64,000 nucleotides of DNA from Nitrosopumilaceae archaeon (lineage in GTDB: Archaea > Thermoproteota > Nitrososphaeria > Nitrososphaerales > Nitrosopumilaceae), in NCBI GenBank assembly GCA_965208905.1, contig OZ242365.1, positions 1,824,001-1,888,000 of the forward strand. The letters run 5' to 3'. Below, piece by piece: positions 20,702 through 30,929 of the stretch. Numbering within the stretch: position 1 is the stretch's first letter; each line of letters starts with the position of its first letter. The position numbers were made by a program, and so were the translations under genes. Below the pieces are notes generated by a model. That model was not told the DNA's origin and did not search any database. It saw only the letters and a list, made by a program, of their open reading frames with translations.

Positions 20702-20937
20702 TGATAGAGAAAAAGTTTGACAAAGAGAAACTATACAATGATATTGTTCATTTTTACATGGATAAGAAAGGATACCCGCCTGATAAGGCAAACCGTATAG
20801 CACAAAGGGTGGTAATACGAGAGACCAATAAGAGAAGATGTGCCGTATGTGGACATATGAATCATGATCACATTGCAAATACCAAGGCATGCCTATACGT
20901 TGACTGTCAATGTACACACTTTGTCAAGAGGTCATAA
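20698..20937 (+). CDS. Small conserved zinc-binding hypothetical protein
   Basis: CAVCGH..H...C....C.C cluster; overlaps the Lrp stop. Confidence 0.65.
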   Translation: MMIEKKFDKEKLYNDIVHFYMDKKGYPPDKANRIAQRVVIRETNKRRCAVCGHMNHDHIANTKACLYVDCQCTHFVKRS

Positions 20938-21901
20938 CCATTAGGGGTTTGGCATTAAATCCAAGATTCTTTAGATGATCTGCAAATTCAGATACAAATC
21001 CATGTATGGTGTATATGTTTTCGGCACCTGATGCTTCCACCATCTCTGTTAACTCGTTAAAGTCGCAGTGATCGCTAAGCTGAATGGAGTAGTCAGATCC
21101 ATTTGTGTATGGGAACCTATTTGAATTTGCCCAGCCACTAAATGATACAGTTATGGCACCATACTTCTTCATTTTTAGAATAAAAGGAGATTTTGCGCTC
21201 ATTTTAGGCGCAATCATGACCCAGGGCTTTTTGTCCAAGAGTCCCTGTCTTTGAGCTTCTGTGTGGCCCAAAGCAGGTTTTAGTGGCACATTCCATTCCC
21301 TATGCATATCGTTGATTACCTTTACTGAATCATGATAGTATAGCGGCTCCCAATGGGAAAACATCTGAGATATTGTCTGCGCCTTCCCTAACTCATACCC
21401 CATCAGGACTACCGGTATACCTCTAGAATACATCGTGGATATCAACTCGTCTACCTGAAGACGTATTTGGTGTATGGGTGGAAAGACAAACTCGGGAAGT
21501 CCAAACGTACACTCGGTGATTAACGTCTTGCATTTTGGTATACGTGCGCCCTGCAAGAATCCCCGGTCTCGAGTGCAGATATCTCCTGTGTAGAATGTAT
21601 CGCCAAATAATATGCCCCGGGAACCAAATATGTGACCGGTATCGTACAGAGTACAATCTTTGATATCTTCGGTGTGATTACCAAAGTCCCTGCCTCTGTG
21701 TGATGCTAACCGCGCAGTATACTTTGACGCTAAAAGCGTCCCGCCACCAGAAGAAGGCAAATGATCAATGTGTGCATGAGACACAAAATTTATTCCATCA
21801 GAAGCTGTTTTTGGATCAAGCAGTATGGTAGAACCATTAGATGTGCATAACATGCCCCGAGGGGTCATCTTTATTGTATCCAATGTGCTTTTGCTTCCCA
21901 A
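20924..21901 (-). CDS. MBL-fold (beta-CASP) exonuclease-like hydrolase
   Basis: SHAHIDH, GHIFGS, YTGD, ECTFG, GKAQ, SDHCDF, HG. Confidence 0.88.
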   Translation of the reverse strand: MGSKSTLDTIKMTPRGMLCTSNGSTILLDPKTASDGINFVSHAHIDHLPSSGGGTLLASKYTARLASHRGRDFGNHTEDIKDCTLYDTGHIFGSRGILFGDTFYTGDICTRDRGFLQGARIPKCKTLITECTFGLPEFVFPPIHQIRLQVDELISTMYSRGIPVVLMGYELGKAQTISQMFSHWEPLYYHDSVKVINDMHREWNVPLKPALGHTEAQRQGLLDKKPWVMIAPKMSAKSPFILKMKKYGAITVSFSGWANSNRFPYTNGSDYSIQLSDHCDFNELTEMVEASGAENIYTIHGFVSEFADHLKNLGFNAKPLMVMTS

Positions 21902-22104
21902 CTTAGTTATAAATCACCAACTTATCAAATCGTACACACAGGTTGTTTCCAACGTTACGCCTGCATATGCTTGTAATAAAGCCAGTTTAGGCGTGAATCT
22001 TCAATAGACCTGAGTATGTATATCAAATCAATACGCAGATAAAATACGGACGCTACGTAATTCATATGACAAAGATAATTATCTTGCGACTATTATCGCA
22101 CATC

Positions 22105-22389
22105 ATGGTAGTAATCATGTTGGATGCAAAAATAAAACCTGGCATGCTTGATGACTTTAAAAACTGGATTACCGAATCAAACAAAGTAATATCGAAGTTT
22201 GATGGCTTTGTCTCCCGAAGACTACTTGAGTCAATGGATGGCAGCCATCGTGTCCTTGTGGAGTTTCAGACCCACGAGCAACTCATAAGGATGAGCCAAA
22301 GTCCAGAACACCAAACAGTACACAAACAAGGCCAGGAACTTAGAGAGTCAGGCCCTACTCCCACAATGTACAAAGTAATAGCAGAATAA
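22105..22389 (+). CDS. Antibiotic-biosynthesis-monooxygenase (ABM) domain protein
   Basis: KIKPG..F..W..FDGFVSRRLL..VEF..SPEH pattern; start moved to the internal ATG. Confidence 0.75.
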   Translation: MVVIMLDAKIKPGMLDDFKNWITESNKVISKFDGFVSRRLLESMDGSHRVLVEFQTHEQLIRMSQSPEHQTVHKQGQELRESGPTPTMYKVIAE

Positions 22390-22711
22390 TTCCAAGATTG
22401 TATATTTTTTGTTTTTTCAGAGATGTATCCTGACAATGGACATAACCGCGTACTACAACTTGGTTGATGTCTTTGAGTGTTATGTATATGCAACATCACT
22501 GTGAGTTATGTGCTCATATACCTGAGATGGCAATATGATGTGTAGTGCTACGAGTTCTGATATTTTCTGCCCCTGCCAAGACTACAAATTCTGAAAAATA
22601 TCTAATCTTTCTACGTTTGATTATGCGGCAAGTGTCATAGTCACATGTCGACCTGTACCATACAGTAGTACCTGCCATGTTCAGGCCTTTGAAAGATAAA
22701 AAAAGCGTATT

Positions 22712-23005
22712 TTATAGTGGTATGGTTCCAATATCGTCTTTGTCTACCCCCTTCCATAGGCCAATCATGCCTTCTGGCTCCACGGGCTTTACTGATGTTA
22801 TACGTTGCATCTTGATGTGATCTGGATTGGGGGGCATCCACAACATTGCCATGTAATCGCCAACATCACCTGTCTTGTTTGGGGACGCATCCGAAATGTT
22901 TTCAGTAGCAATACCAATTGATTCCAAAGCGGCTACGGCTTTCTCGCGCAGATCAAATCTACCATGCGTAAACAGATACACCGTCCTACCAGAGTCTATA
23001 TCCAT
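22712..23005 (-). CDS. Conserved hypothetical protein
   Basis: Clean 97-aa ORF with a putative T-rich terminator downstream. Confidence 0.7.
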   Translation of the reverse strand: MDIDSGRTVYLFTHGRFDLREKAVAALESIGIATENISDASPNKTGDVGDYMAMLWMPPNPDHIKMQRITSVKPVEPEGMIGLWKGVDKDDIGTIPL

Positions 23006-23207
23006 AATGTGTCATTATATGGTAGCATAAATCAACCTTTGCCAATATATGCAAACTAAACTGGCTTACTAAAAAGATCACATAACAAATCATGGTTGGA
23101 ATAGAGTTGCGTCCTTGACTCAAACTTTGTCAGTTGATATGTATTTGTTTTTTGATGAGCTGCAAATCACCGAAGGATTAAATTAGTACACAAACGACAG
23201 ATAAATC

Positions 23208-23501
23208 GTGAAGATATTCACTATAGGTAGTAAGTCGTTTGTGACAAGCTTTCAGCTAGCAGGTGTACCCGGAAAGATAAGCGAACACCCTGATGGCGTA
23301 CTTGAAGAGATAAAGACGTTAACTGATGATCCAGACGTGGGACTTGTCCTAGTTAGTGATGATGTGACCAAATCTATAAGTGATGATTTAACGCGCTTGC
23401 GTGCCGAGAGATCCGCACTTGTATTTGCACTTCCAGCAACCGGAAGTGAAAAGGTCGATGTGGACTATAGAGCGATGCTCAAAAAGATTCTAGGCGTTTG
23501 A
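23208..23501 (+). CDS. atpF: A/V-type ATP synthase subunit F
   Basis: KIFTIG..VTSFQLAGV..DVGLVLV..LP..KKILGV. Confidence 0.85.
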   Translation: MKIFTIGSKSFVTSFQLAGVPGKISEHPDGVLEEIKTLTDDPDVGLVLVSDDVTKSISDDLTRLRAERSALVFALPATGSEKVDVDYRAMLKKILGV

Positions 23502-24544
23502 TTATGAGACATGCGGTTACCAGCGGTTCTAACAGTGTGGATGTTGTAGATGCTCCATCACCAACACCCAAACCAGGAGATATGGTTGTACGTATGGCAG
23601 CATGTGGCGTATGTGGTTCCGATGTCGAAAAGATATATGGTCAGTATAGTCAGCCATCGACAAGATTAGGACATGAGACCTCAGGTGTCATAGTATCAGT
23701 AGGTGATGGTGTGAAAGGATTCTCCGTAGGAGATAGGGTCTTTACGCATCACCATGTTCCATGCTATGACTGTTATCTATGCAAGCACGGCAGCTCTACA
23801 CGATGCTCGCACTACTCCAAGTCAAATTTACTGCCTTGTGGCTTGGCTGATGAGTATATAGTGCCAGCCTGGAATGTTCAGCGGGGAGGTGTTTTGAAGA
23901 TTCCCGATACGATGTCATTTGAGCAGGCTGCCATGATAGAGCCTTTGGCCTGTTGTATACGGGCTTGGTCCGGGTATGATCATAAATCAAACAACGCTGT
24001 GGCAATATTTGGAGTGGGCGCCACCGGGATGCTACATGTGCTGCTTGCTCAGAATAAAGGATTCTCGAACATATACTGTATAGATATGAATCAATTTCGC
24101 CTAGATTTTGTCAAAGATGTACTAGGAGCAGAGATAATTCTTGCGCATAAAAATACATCATCAGATATATTGTATAATACAGAACAGCGTGGGGTTGATC
24201 TAGCCATAGTGTCCACAGGAAGTATGGCGGCCTTGGAATCGGCCATACATTCTGTGCGGTATGGGGGAACAATCATGCTATTTGGCGTTCCTTCCAAGGA
24301 CGCCACCCTACAACTGAATATGGATTATGTGTACTCACGCGAATTAAAGATGTACTGTAGCTATGCAGCTTCAGATAACGATACAAGAGAAGCACTACAC
24401 CTTATATCTGAGGGTCTTGATGTTGATTGTCTGATAACCCATCGATATGATCTTGTTGATTCGCCCAAGGCATTTGAGCGGGCGCGGAGCGGTCATGAGG
24501 CTGTAAAGATCATAATAAAAGGTCCAGAGCACAAAGACATGTGA
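23498..24544 (+). CDS. Zinc-dependent MDR alcohol dehydrogenase
   Basis: CGVCGSD, GHE.SG, CxxCxxC..C structural zinc, GVGATG. Confidence 0.9.
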   Translation: MIMRHAVTSGSNSVDVVDAPSPTPKPGDMVVRMAACGVCGSDVEKIYGQYSQPSTRLGHETSGVIVSVGDGVKGFSVGDRVFTHHHVPCYDCYLCKHGSSTRCSHYSKSNLLPCGLADEYIVPAWNVQRGGVLKIPDTMSFEQAAMIEPLACCIRAWSGYDHKSNNAVAIFGVGATGMLHVLLAQNKGFSNIYCIDMNQFRLDFVKDVLGAEIILAHKNTSSDILYNTEQRGVDLAIVSTGSMAALESAIHSVRYGGTIMLFGVPSKDATLQLNMDYVYSRELKMYCSYAASDNDTREALHLISEGLDVDCLITHRYDLVDSPKAFERARSGHEAVKIIIKGPEHKDM

Positions 24545-24692
24545 CTACGTTCTGTATATGTTAGTAAATACTCTGTTGAATGTGTATAGTGCATTACCCC
24601 ATACAATACGCAAGATGACAGTAAAGGTTACCACACACGATATGATGTATATGGTACAAAGATTTAAGAAAAGTAACTCAAGTGTCAAAGAC

Positions 24693-25481
24693 ATGGATTG
24701 GGGATTACAGAACAGGCTTTCACGTATAATACGACAACCTAAAAACCGCGCCCTCATGTTGGCTGTAGACCATGGATACTTTTTAGGACCCACCGCGAGG
24801 CTAGAGGACGCTCAAAAAACAATTGCCCCATTACTGGAATATTGTGACTCCCTGATGTTGACCCGGGGAATACTGCGAACATCGGTCTCTCCAATTACGA
24901 ACACGCCCATGGTTCTTCGTGTATCGGGCGGTTCTAGTATAATAGGCAAAGACTTATCCCGAGAGGATATCACCGTAGATATCAAAGATGCCATACGTCT
25001 TAACGTATCTGCAATGGCAATGTCCATATTTGTGGGTTCAAAGTATGAGTATCAGACTATAGTAAATCTAGGACGACTAGTCAACATATCTTTGGAGTAT
25101 GGTATGCCGGTACTAGCAGTAACTGCCGTGGGCAAGGATATGGGTAAAGATGCGCGATATCTGTCATTGGCATGCAGGATGGCTGCCGAGCAGGGTGCTA
25201 ACATAGTAAAGACATACTATTGTGAGAACTTTGAGGAGGTTGTGGACTCTTGTCCTGTCCCAATAATAATAGCTGGAGGCAAAAAGATTCCTGAAAAAGA
25301 TGCCATGGAACTTACGTATAATGCCATTCAGGCTGGTGCTGTAGGTGTAGACATGGGCCGAAACATATGGCAATCGGACAACCCTGTACCCATGATTCGA
25401 GCCGTACAAAGTATAATCCATCAAGATAATGATGCAGATGCCGCTTGGGAACTGTACAATCAACTAATACAAGAAACATAA
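24693..25481 (+). CDS. lsrF: LsrF-like thiolase / class I aldolase (DhnA family)
   Basis: MDWGLQNRL start, MLAVDHGYFLGPT, IVKTYY, IAGGKK, GVDMGRNIWQS; upstream ORF extension judged spurious. Confidence 0.85.
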   Translation: MDWGLQNRLSRIIRQPKNRALMLAVDHGYFLGPTARLEDAQKTIAPLLEYCDSLMLTRGILRTSVSPITNTPMVLRVSGGSSIIGKDLSREDITVDIKDAIRLNVSAMAMSIFVGSKYEYQTIVNLGRLVNISLEYGMPVLAVTAVGKDMGKDARYLSLACRMAAEQGANIVKTYYCENFEEVVDSCPVPIIIAGGKKIPEKDAMELTYNAIQAGAVGVDMGRNIWQSDNPVPMIRAVQSIIHQDNDADAAWELYNQLIQET

Positions 25482-25759
25482 TACTCCCTAAAGAGCGACG
25501 AATTACGACTCATCAAAAAATCACCACACATTTACGGCCAGACTCTGGTATATTTTGCCTCCTAAATACTCTCCAATATACTAACTTTTTTTAGATATGG
25601 TTGGACCATTTTAGGGTATATCTGGTCTTGGCATGAGGAACTACTGAAAATTATTTTAAAAACCTGGCGGTATGATGTCTTGCGCACAACTGTGTCATCT
25701 ATGTTACCTCAATAGAGCAAAACATCCGTTATATTCTGTTTCTGTAAAAAAACATGCCA

Positions 25760-26311
25760 CTAAACCCTATGTAACTGACTCTCAGTTACTATCCAATTCA
25801 TGGGTGCATCACTTGGGTTTGATGGTATCTTTTTTACAACCTGCTTGTCCATCGTCACACATATGGTGACCGGACAGTTCTTTTGAATATATCTGTCATA
25901 ATACCCATGACCGTAGCCTAGCCTTATACCCGAGAGTGTTGCACCAACTGCCGGAACCAACAAAATATTTGGTCTTCCTGTCATGCATGTCTCTCTAGGT
26001 TCCATTATGCCAAATATTCCAGGTATTAGGTCCTTTATTCCATGTACATTTTTGAATACAATTACATTATTTTGTATTGCTGGCAAGAACACGTTACGCC
26101 CAGAACCAAGAAGATCTTGAATTATGCCACTAGTCATTACCTCACTACCTATGGCATGATACACACCAACATTGGTGATATCATCAAACAGAGAACTACC
26201 TCTTAGTATATTTCGTATACTCTCACTAACAATCTTTAACATCTCATGTGAGGTTGCATCTCGCCGTTTTAGTAACACTTGACGCAAGGATTCCCTGCTG
26301 GGATCACGCAT
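25760..26311 (-). CDS. 5-formyltetrahydrofolate cyclo-ligase
   Basis: SEV, FGIMEP, LVPAVG, RLGYGHGYYDRY, WIVTE. Confidence 0.92.
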   Translation of the reverse strand: MRDPSRESLRQVLLKRRDATSHEMLKIVSESIRNILRGSSLFDDITNVGVYHAIGSEVMTSGIIQDLLGSGRNVFLPAIQNNVIVFKNVHGIKDLIPGIFGIMEPRETCMTGRPNILLVPAVGATLSGIRLGYGHGYYDRYIQKNCPVTICVTMDKQVVKKIPSNPSDAPMNWIVTESQLHRV

Positions 26312-27152
26312 ACTTTGCTGCCACCACAGTATTTTTTAGTAGCATGGCGACGGTCATTGGACCCACGCCGCCGGGAACCGGAGTAACATGGGATGCCTTC
26401 TGTATTATGTCGTTGTAATCCGCATCGCCAGTCAGCTTGCCGTCTATACGATTAATGGCCACATCTATAACCACAGCGTTGTCCTTTATCATGTCGGCAG
26501 TCAGCATAAACTTATCCAGATTTCCAACTCCAGTTATTATGATATCGGCCAAACTACAAATTTTTTTAATGTTTTGGGTTTTAGAGTGACAGGTGGTAAC
26601 TGTGGCATTTTTTTGCAAGAACAGATGGTATAATGGTTTGCCCACCAAGACACTTCGATTTATTATAACCACATGTTTTCCCTCTATGTTGATATTGTAA
26701 TGATCTAGCATGCGCATTATTCCAATGGGTGTGCACGCCACCAGTCTGGCACGACCTGCGGCTAACAATCCTGCACTGTGTGGCGTTAGACCATCCACGT
26801 CTTTTTTTGAGGATATTTTTGATATTATATCATTGGTGTTTATGTGATCTGGCAGTGGCATCTGCACTAATATTCCATGTATTTTATCATTGTTGTTGAC
26901 ATCTTTTATTATATCTTCGAGTTGTTCTTGTGTCACCTCTGCTGAAATTTTGTGGTCTTTTGTCTGTATGCCACATTGAGCACAAGCCATGTGCTTGTTG
27001 CGCACGTATACTGCAGATGCGGGATCATCACCTACTAAGATTGTAGCCAGACAGGGAGTTATGCCTCTTGCCTTTAGGTCATTAACGTCGGATATCACCT
27101 CTCTTTTTACTTCATTGGCTACTGCCAATCCGTCCATACGTGTGGCCATCAT
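26304..27152 (-). CDS. folD: Methylene-THF dehydrogenase/cyclohydrolase
   Basis: YVRNK, GILVQMPLP, KDVDG, CTP.GI, VGKP, TPVPGGVGPMTVAMLL; start moved to MMATRMDG. Confidence 0.95.
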   Translation of the reverse strand: MMATRMDGLAVANEVKREVISDVNDLKARGITPCLATILVGDDPASAVYVRNKHMACAQCGIQTKDHKISAEVTQEQLEDIIKDVNNNDKIHGILVQMPLPDHINTNDIISKISSKKDVDGLTPHSAGLLAAGRARLVACTPIGIMRMLDHYNINIEGKHVVIINRSVLVGKPLYHLFLQKNATVTTCHSKTQNIKKICSLADIIITGVGNLDKFMLTADMIKDNAVVIDVAINRIDGKLTGDADYNDIIQKASHVTPVPGGVGPMTVAMLLKNTVVAAKYA

Positions 27153-27418
27153 CACATCGATACAGCATAAGTGACAATTAAAGCCTATGGAATTTGTTAG
27201 ATACAAATACCATGGAGTGACGACTGACCGTACCTTTTAGACTTACATCACTGAATTGTATTTTATTTGCGCCAGTATGTATGTTGTATAACGGCAGAAT
27301 TATAATGTACAAACAACAAAAAATAACGGAACTGGTGCATCTTGGTGACCTAGTGTGTGGTGGTGCGTGGGTGACCTGAGTTGAATTACTCAAATTAAAA
27401 TGAAATGAAAAGGGGGAT

Positions 27419-28663
27419 TTATGCTGTGGATTTAGTTGCGGCTTGAATGAGTGTCATCCATTTGTTGTTACCTTCAACGGTAATACCTGCGGCCTCTGCT
27501 GGGGTTATTTGATTCGGTAATCCCAAGTGGGGTTTTACAAAATTGTGATATAATCGCAGTCCAGAGATTATGCCAGAGTCTTCACGCTTAAGGCCACGGC
27601 ACACTTTCTCTCTATGTCGCAGTGTTGCTCCGTTGAATGATTCCATTTGGTTGTTATGATGTATGCCGTCAAACGCCACATCATGAATGTGTTCTGTATC
27701 TTTGTGTAGGAAGTTCTTTGCCTTGTATTGTTGCTTCCATGCATGATGGAAGTTAGCCGCTTTATCACTGATTAATGTGGTTGGGACTTTGCCTGTTACT
27801 TTTTTGGCTTGTTTAAACATGGGTGCCACATCATCATTGCCCTTGTGTTCTGCTACCATCTTGGCTATCCAGAAGCGTGTCTCACTGTCTAGCATGGCGA
27901 ATAGGTACTTTCTATTACCCTTGATTTTCAGATATAACTCATCGGTACGCCATTGTTCACCAACTTGGGGTTTAATCTTGTCAACGAAGGTTTCCATCAG
28001 TTCTGCGTATTGTTTGCCCCATCGTTGTATGGTAGTGTGTACTACTGTAATACCAACCATCTTGAGTGTATTGGCCACCTTCCGTGAGGATAATCCACTA
28101 AACAGGAGATCTACTGCTTGAGTGATATGTTCAGGTGATGCCTGCTTCTTTTCAAATCCTAGGTTTTGGATAAATCTCCTGCCACACGTCCTGCACCCGA
28201 ACTGTTGTTTGCCACGCTTAATACCCTTCTTGATAATATCAGTTGAGTCACAGAATTTGCATTTTGTAAGGTCAACAACCTTGATAGTAGTGGTAACTTC
28301 CTCTTGGACGGCTGCCCTCATTCGCTTGCTAATTTCGATTGCATGAGCGTGCTTGCATACAACACCCCTGTACATTGAATCGGGACAGGAACAAACCCAT
28401 CCTGATTCTGTATGTATCACCTCATAGACTTTACTAGAGGATTGACTTCTTACAGTATAGGTTGTATCATCTATTCTGGTTATCTGATTAGGCTTGCCTG
28501 CTATCTGCGCACCCCGTGTGATTCTAGCCGCCTGACCGGGGCTATGGTTCTTATGGGGTGATAAGATAGTAGGCTCAGAGTGCAATTTGCTCTTCATTGG
28601 GATGGTCGAGATCCCTCTGACTTTCTTTTCATCATCGCCATACTTTGTTATTGTTTTATTCAT
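27419..28663 (-). CDS. DDE transposase (IS6/IS240-like) with N-terminal SWIM finger and zinc ribbon
   Basis: CSCPD..CKHAHA (SWIM), CKFC..CRTC ribbon, HTTIQRW, WRTDELYLKIKG..YLFAMLD, ISDK, NNQMESFN. Confidence 0.88.
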   Translation of the reverse strand: MNKTITKYGDDEKKVRGISTIPMKSKLHSEPTILSPHKNHSPGQAARITRGAQIAGKPNQITRIDDTTYTVRSQSSSKVYEVIHTESGWVCSCPDSMYRGVVCKHAHAIEISKRMRAAVQEEVTTTIKVVDLTKCKFCDSTDIIKKGIKRGKQQFGCRTCGRRFIQNLGFEKKQASPEHITQAVDLLFSGLSSRKVANTLKMVGITVVHTTIQRWGKQYAELMETFVDKIKPQVGEQWRTDELYLKIKGNRKYLFAMLDSETRFWIAKMVAEHKGNDDVAPMFKQAKKVTGKVPTTLISDKAANFHHAWKQQYKAKNFLHKDTEHIHDVAFDGIHHNNQMESFNGATLRHREKVCRGLKREDSGIISGLRLYHNFVKPHLGLPNQITPAEAAGITVEGNNKWMTLIQAATKSTA

Positions 28664-28672
28664 GTATGTTAT

Positions 28673-28721
28673 TAACGGTACGGTTATTTAACTGTTGCCA
28701 AAACCGCACGGTTTTTATATA
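28673..28721. promoter_or_regulatory. Divergent promoters with two AACCG-N2-CGGTT-like operator palindromes
   Basis: TAACGGTACGGTTA (28673-28686) and AAAACCGCACGGTTTT (28700-28715); TATA-like TTTATATA 28714-28721 (+) and TTAAATAA 28684-28691 (-). Confidence 0.6.
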
Positions 28722-28741
28722 GACATGTCTGTAATGTAATA

Positions 28742-28930
28742 ATGACGCGATGGAAAAAGAACGAGACAGAGTTCAGAGTCAAGATGCACCATTATAAGAA
28801 CAGGGACGGCTCCGGCACATCAAGTTGCCGGATTCCCAGTCCTATAATTAACTACATGGGAAAGCCCAACGAATTGATATTTGTGATCAATAATAAGACG
28901 GGGGAGGTAGTCGTAAGTGCAGGTGACTAA
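28742..28930 (+). CDS. Small AbrB/MazE-like (swapped-hairpin) DNA-binding protein, putative controller
   Basis: F.VK......G...CRIPSPII..MG....LIF......VVV pattern; leaderless behind a TATA box; overlaps the MTase start. Confidence 0.55.
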   Translation: MTRWKKNETEFRVKMHHYKNRDGSGTSSCRIPSPIINYMGKPNELIFVINNKTGEVVVSAGD

Positions 28931-29978
28931 AACACTGGCGTATGAACCAGATGCCGTATCTGACTTTGACCTGCTTATGGGCGATTCGGCAGACGTACTG
29001 ACACGATTTCCGGATAATTCGATCAACTGCACCGTCACGTCCCCACCGTACTGGGGACAACGCGAGTATGACACAAAAGACAGCATCGGACATGAAGGTT
29101 CGTTTGATGAATACATGCAACACTTGATATGCGTGTTTGACCAAGTGTATAGGGTAACGGCAAAAGATGGGTCGTTGTGGCTCAACATCGGGGACAGATA
29201 CCACAACAAGAATCTCATGGGTATGCCTTGGAGGGTCGCGCTTGCCCTGAAGGATCGGGGATGGATACTGCGCAATGACATAATTTGGAACAAGGTACGC
29301 ATGACTCAGAGCGCAAAGGACAGGCTCCGTGACCTGCACGAGTATGTGTTTCACTTCGTCAAGAATCCAAAATATTACTATAACAGGAAGGCTATACTGA
29401 TCAAGCACGACGAGAAACCCAAAAGACGTAACGGTAGACTTGTGTCAATCACAGGTACAAGTGGGATCCGTTACAGGGAACAGATACGACTGTCAACGCA
29501 TCTCTCAGACACGGAAAAACAAAACGCAGTTACGGCATTGGACAATACACTACACGACATGGCAGACGGCAAGATTGTGGATTTTCGCATGGCCATACGC
29601 GGACAACAAAGAACGTCACATGGTTCCAGTGAAAAGATCAGTGGTAGAGCAAAAGAGATAGAAAAGTACGGATTCTATGTCATATCGCAGAGTTCGGAGG
29701 GATACATGCCTACCGACTTGTGGAGTATCGTACCGGAAGACACACACCGAAAAGACATACACTGCGCGGTATATCCAACTACCCTCTTGGAGATCCCGAT
29801 AAAGGCGACATGTCCACCGGGAGGACTCGTACTAGATCCGTTTACGGGAACTGGTACTACTATAGTGGCCGCCCTCAAGCACGGCAAGCGTGGTATAGGC
29901 ATAGACGTGAGTAGCGCTTATCTTACACATGCAGAAAACAGGATAAAGACATTCCAGCAGACGGGACTAGAATGTTGA
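28917..29978 (+). CDS. Site-specific amino-DNA methyltransferase, beta class (likely m4C)
   Basis: VTSPPYW before VLDPFTGTGTT; WILRNDIIWNK; HEYVFHF; GGAGGT SD upstream of the GTG. Confidence 0.92.
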   Translation: MQVTKTLAYEPDAVSDFDLLMGDSADVLTRFPDNSINCTVTSPPYWGQREYDTKDSIGHEGSFDEYMQHLICVFDQVYRVTAKDGSLWLNIGDRYHNKNLMGMPWRVALALKDRGWILRNDIIWNKVRMTQSAKDRLRDLHEYVFHFVKNPKYYYNRKAILIKHDEKPKRRNGRLVSITGTSGIRYREQIRLSTHLSDTEKQNAVTALDNTLHDMADGKIVDFRMAIRGQQRTSHGSSEKISGRAKEIEKYGFYVISQSSEGYMPTDLWSIVPEDTHRKDIHCAVYPTTLLEIPIKATCPPGGLVLDPFTGTGTTIVAALKHGKRGIGIDVSSAYLTHAENRIKTFQQTGLEC

Positions 29979-30812
29979 GACCGGATCACTTTTGTTTATT
30001 TTTGCCCCTATGATTTTTTTGGCGTCCTCATAGTTGATGAGCAGGTTACCATCAACTGCAAACGAGAACAAGAGATCAACCCACCTCGTGGCCATAATCT
30101 TCTTTCTGCGTATGCGGTATCGTTTATCTTCTTCTACAAGTGAGTACAGGAAAAACATGAATGTCTCAGTAGAGTAGGACTTGATCTCATGCGTTTGTAT
30201 CTTGAATTTCGATGTGAACTGCTCCCACAACTCGTCCTGCATGACGGCTATATATGGCATCTTCCATTCGTCGAACAACTGTCCCTTGAAGATAAACTGT
30301 GGTAGAAATCCCTTGAAGGACGCAAGCGTATTTAACCCAAATGTGTAACTTTTTTTGAGCCTATCATTTAACAGGTCATCTATCGCAGTCGCAAATGATC
30401 CCGTACCCGTTGTGGCATCGGACTGTATCTCTACCCCTATGAACCTGTTTGGGTCTCTGACCGGTGTTAATATCCAGTCAAGATTACCGTAATCAAATCT
30501 CTCGTTGTCTGTCTTCTTTGCCAGTTTGACTTCGTTGCGTGCGTCAGTTTGTACCTCGGATCCCCAAATAAAGTCTCGTATTTCGTGCAGTATCTTATAA
30601 TCGTCCTCATAAAATCGCCGCGGGCAGATGATCCTGTTTCTGTCTCCCAGACATGCAGAACAGTTGCCGTATTTCGATGCAGTTCGGTTGGGCTTGTCAC
30701 ACTGGACGATGCGCCTGTCAAACGGACACCCATAATCGCGGTTGCGAAAGCGGGCCTTGGCCACGTCTGAATCGAATTTTTCGCCAAACGCCTCCAACTG
30801 TCTATTTGTCAT
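29967..30812 (-). CDS. NotI-family type II restriction endonuclease
   Basis: E.FG, CPF...CDK...GNCS...ICPRRF Cys4 metal site, GNLDWIL and GVEIQSDATTG nuclease motif, QFIFKG; convergent with the MTase. Confidence 0.75.
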   Translation of the reverse strand: MTNRQLEAFGEKFDSDVAKARFRNRDYGCPFDRRIVQCDKPNRTASKYGNCSACLGDRNRIICPRRFYEDDYKILHEIRDFIWGSEVQTDARNEVKLAKKTDNERFDYGNLDWILTPVRDPNRFIGVEIQSDATTGTGSFATAIDDLLNDRLKKSYTFGLNTLASFKGFLPQFIFKGQLFDEWKMPYIAVMQDELWEQFTSKFKIQTHEIKSYSTETFMFFLYSLVEEDKRYRIRRKKIMATRWVDLLFSFAVDGNLLINYEDAKKIIGAKINKSDPVSTF

Positions 30813-30929
30813 GAAATATGTTGACTGACTTGTTTATAATATATCTTGAGAGTGTGTGATATAATTCCCGGGGATTCCTAGGTCACCCACGCACCACCGT
30901 ACAACAGGTCACCAAGATGCACCAGTTCC

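Larger units (their letters stand above)
27328..30929 (-). mobile_element. IS6-like cargo transposon carrying a type II restriction-modification system
   Basis: Left GGAACTGGTGCATCTTGGTGACCTAGTGTGTGGTGGTGCGTGGGTGACCT versus right (reverse complement) GGAACTGGTGCATCTTGGTGACCTGTTGTACGGTGGTGCGTGGGTGACCT: 50 bp, 4 mismatches. Encloses transposase, AbrB-like gene, MTase and REase; no TSD. Confidence 0.88.
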
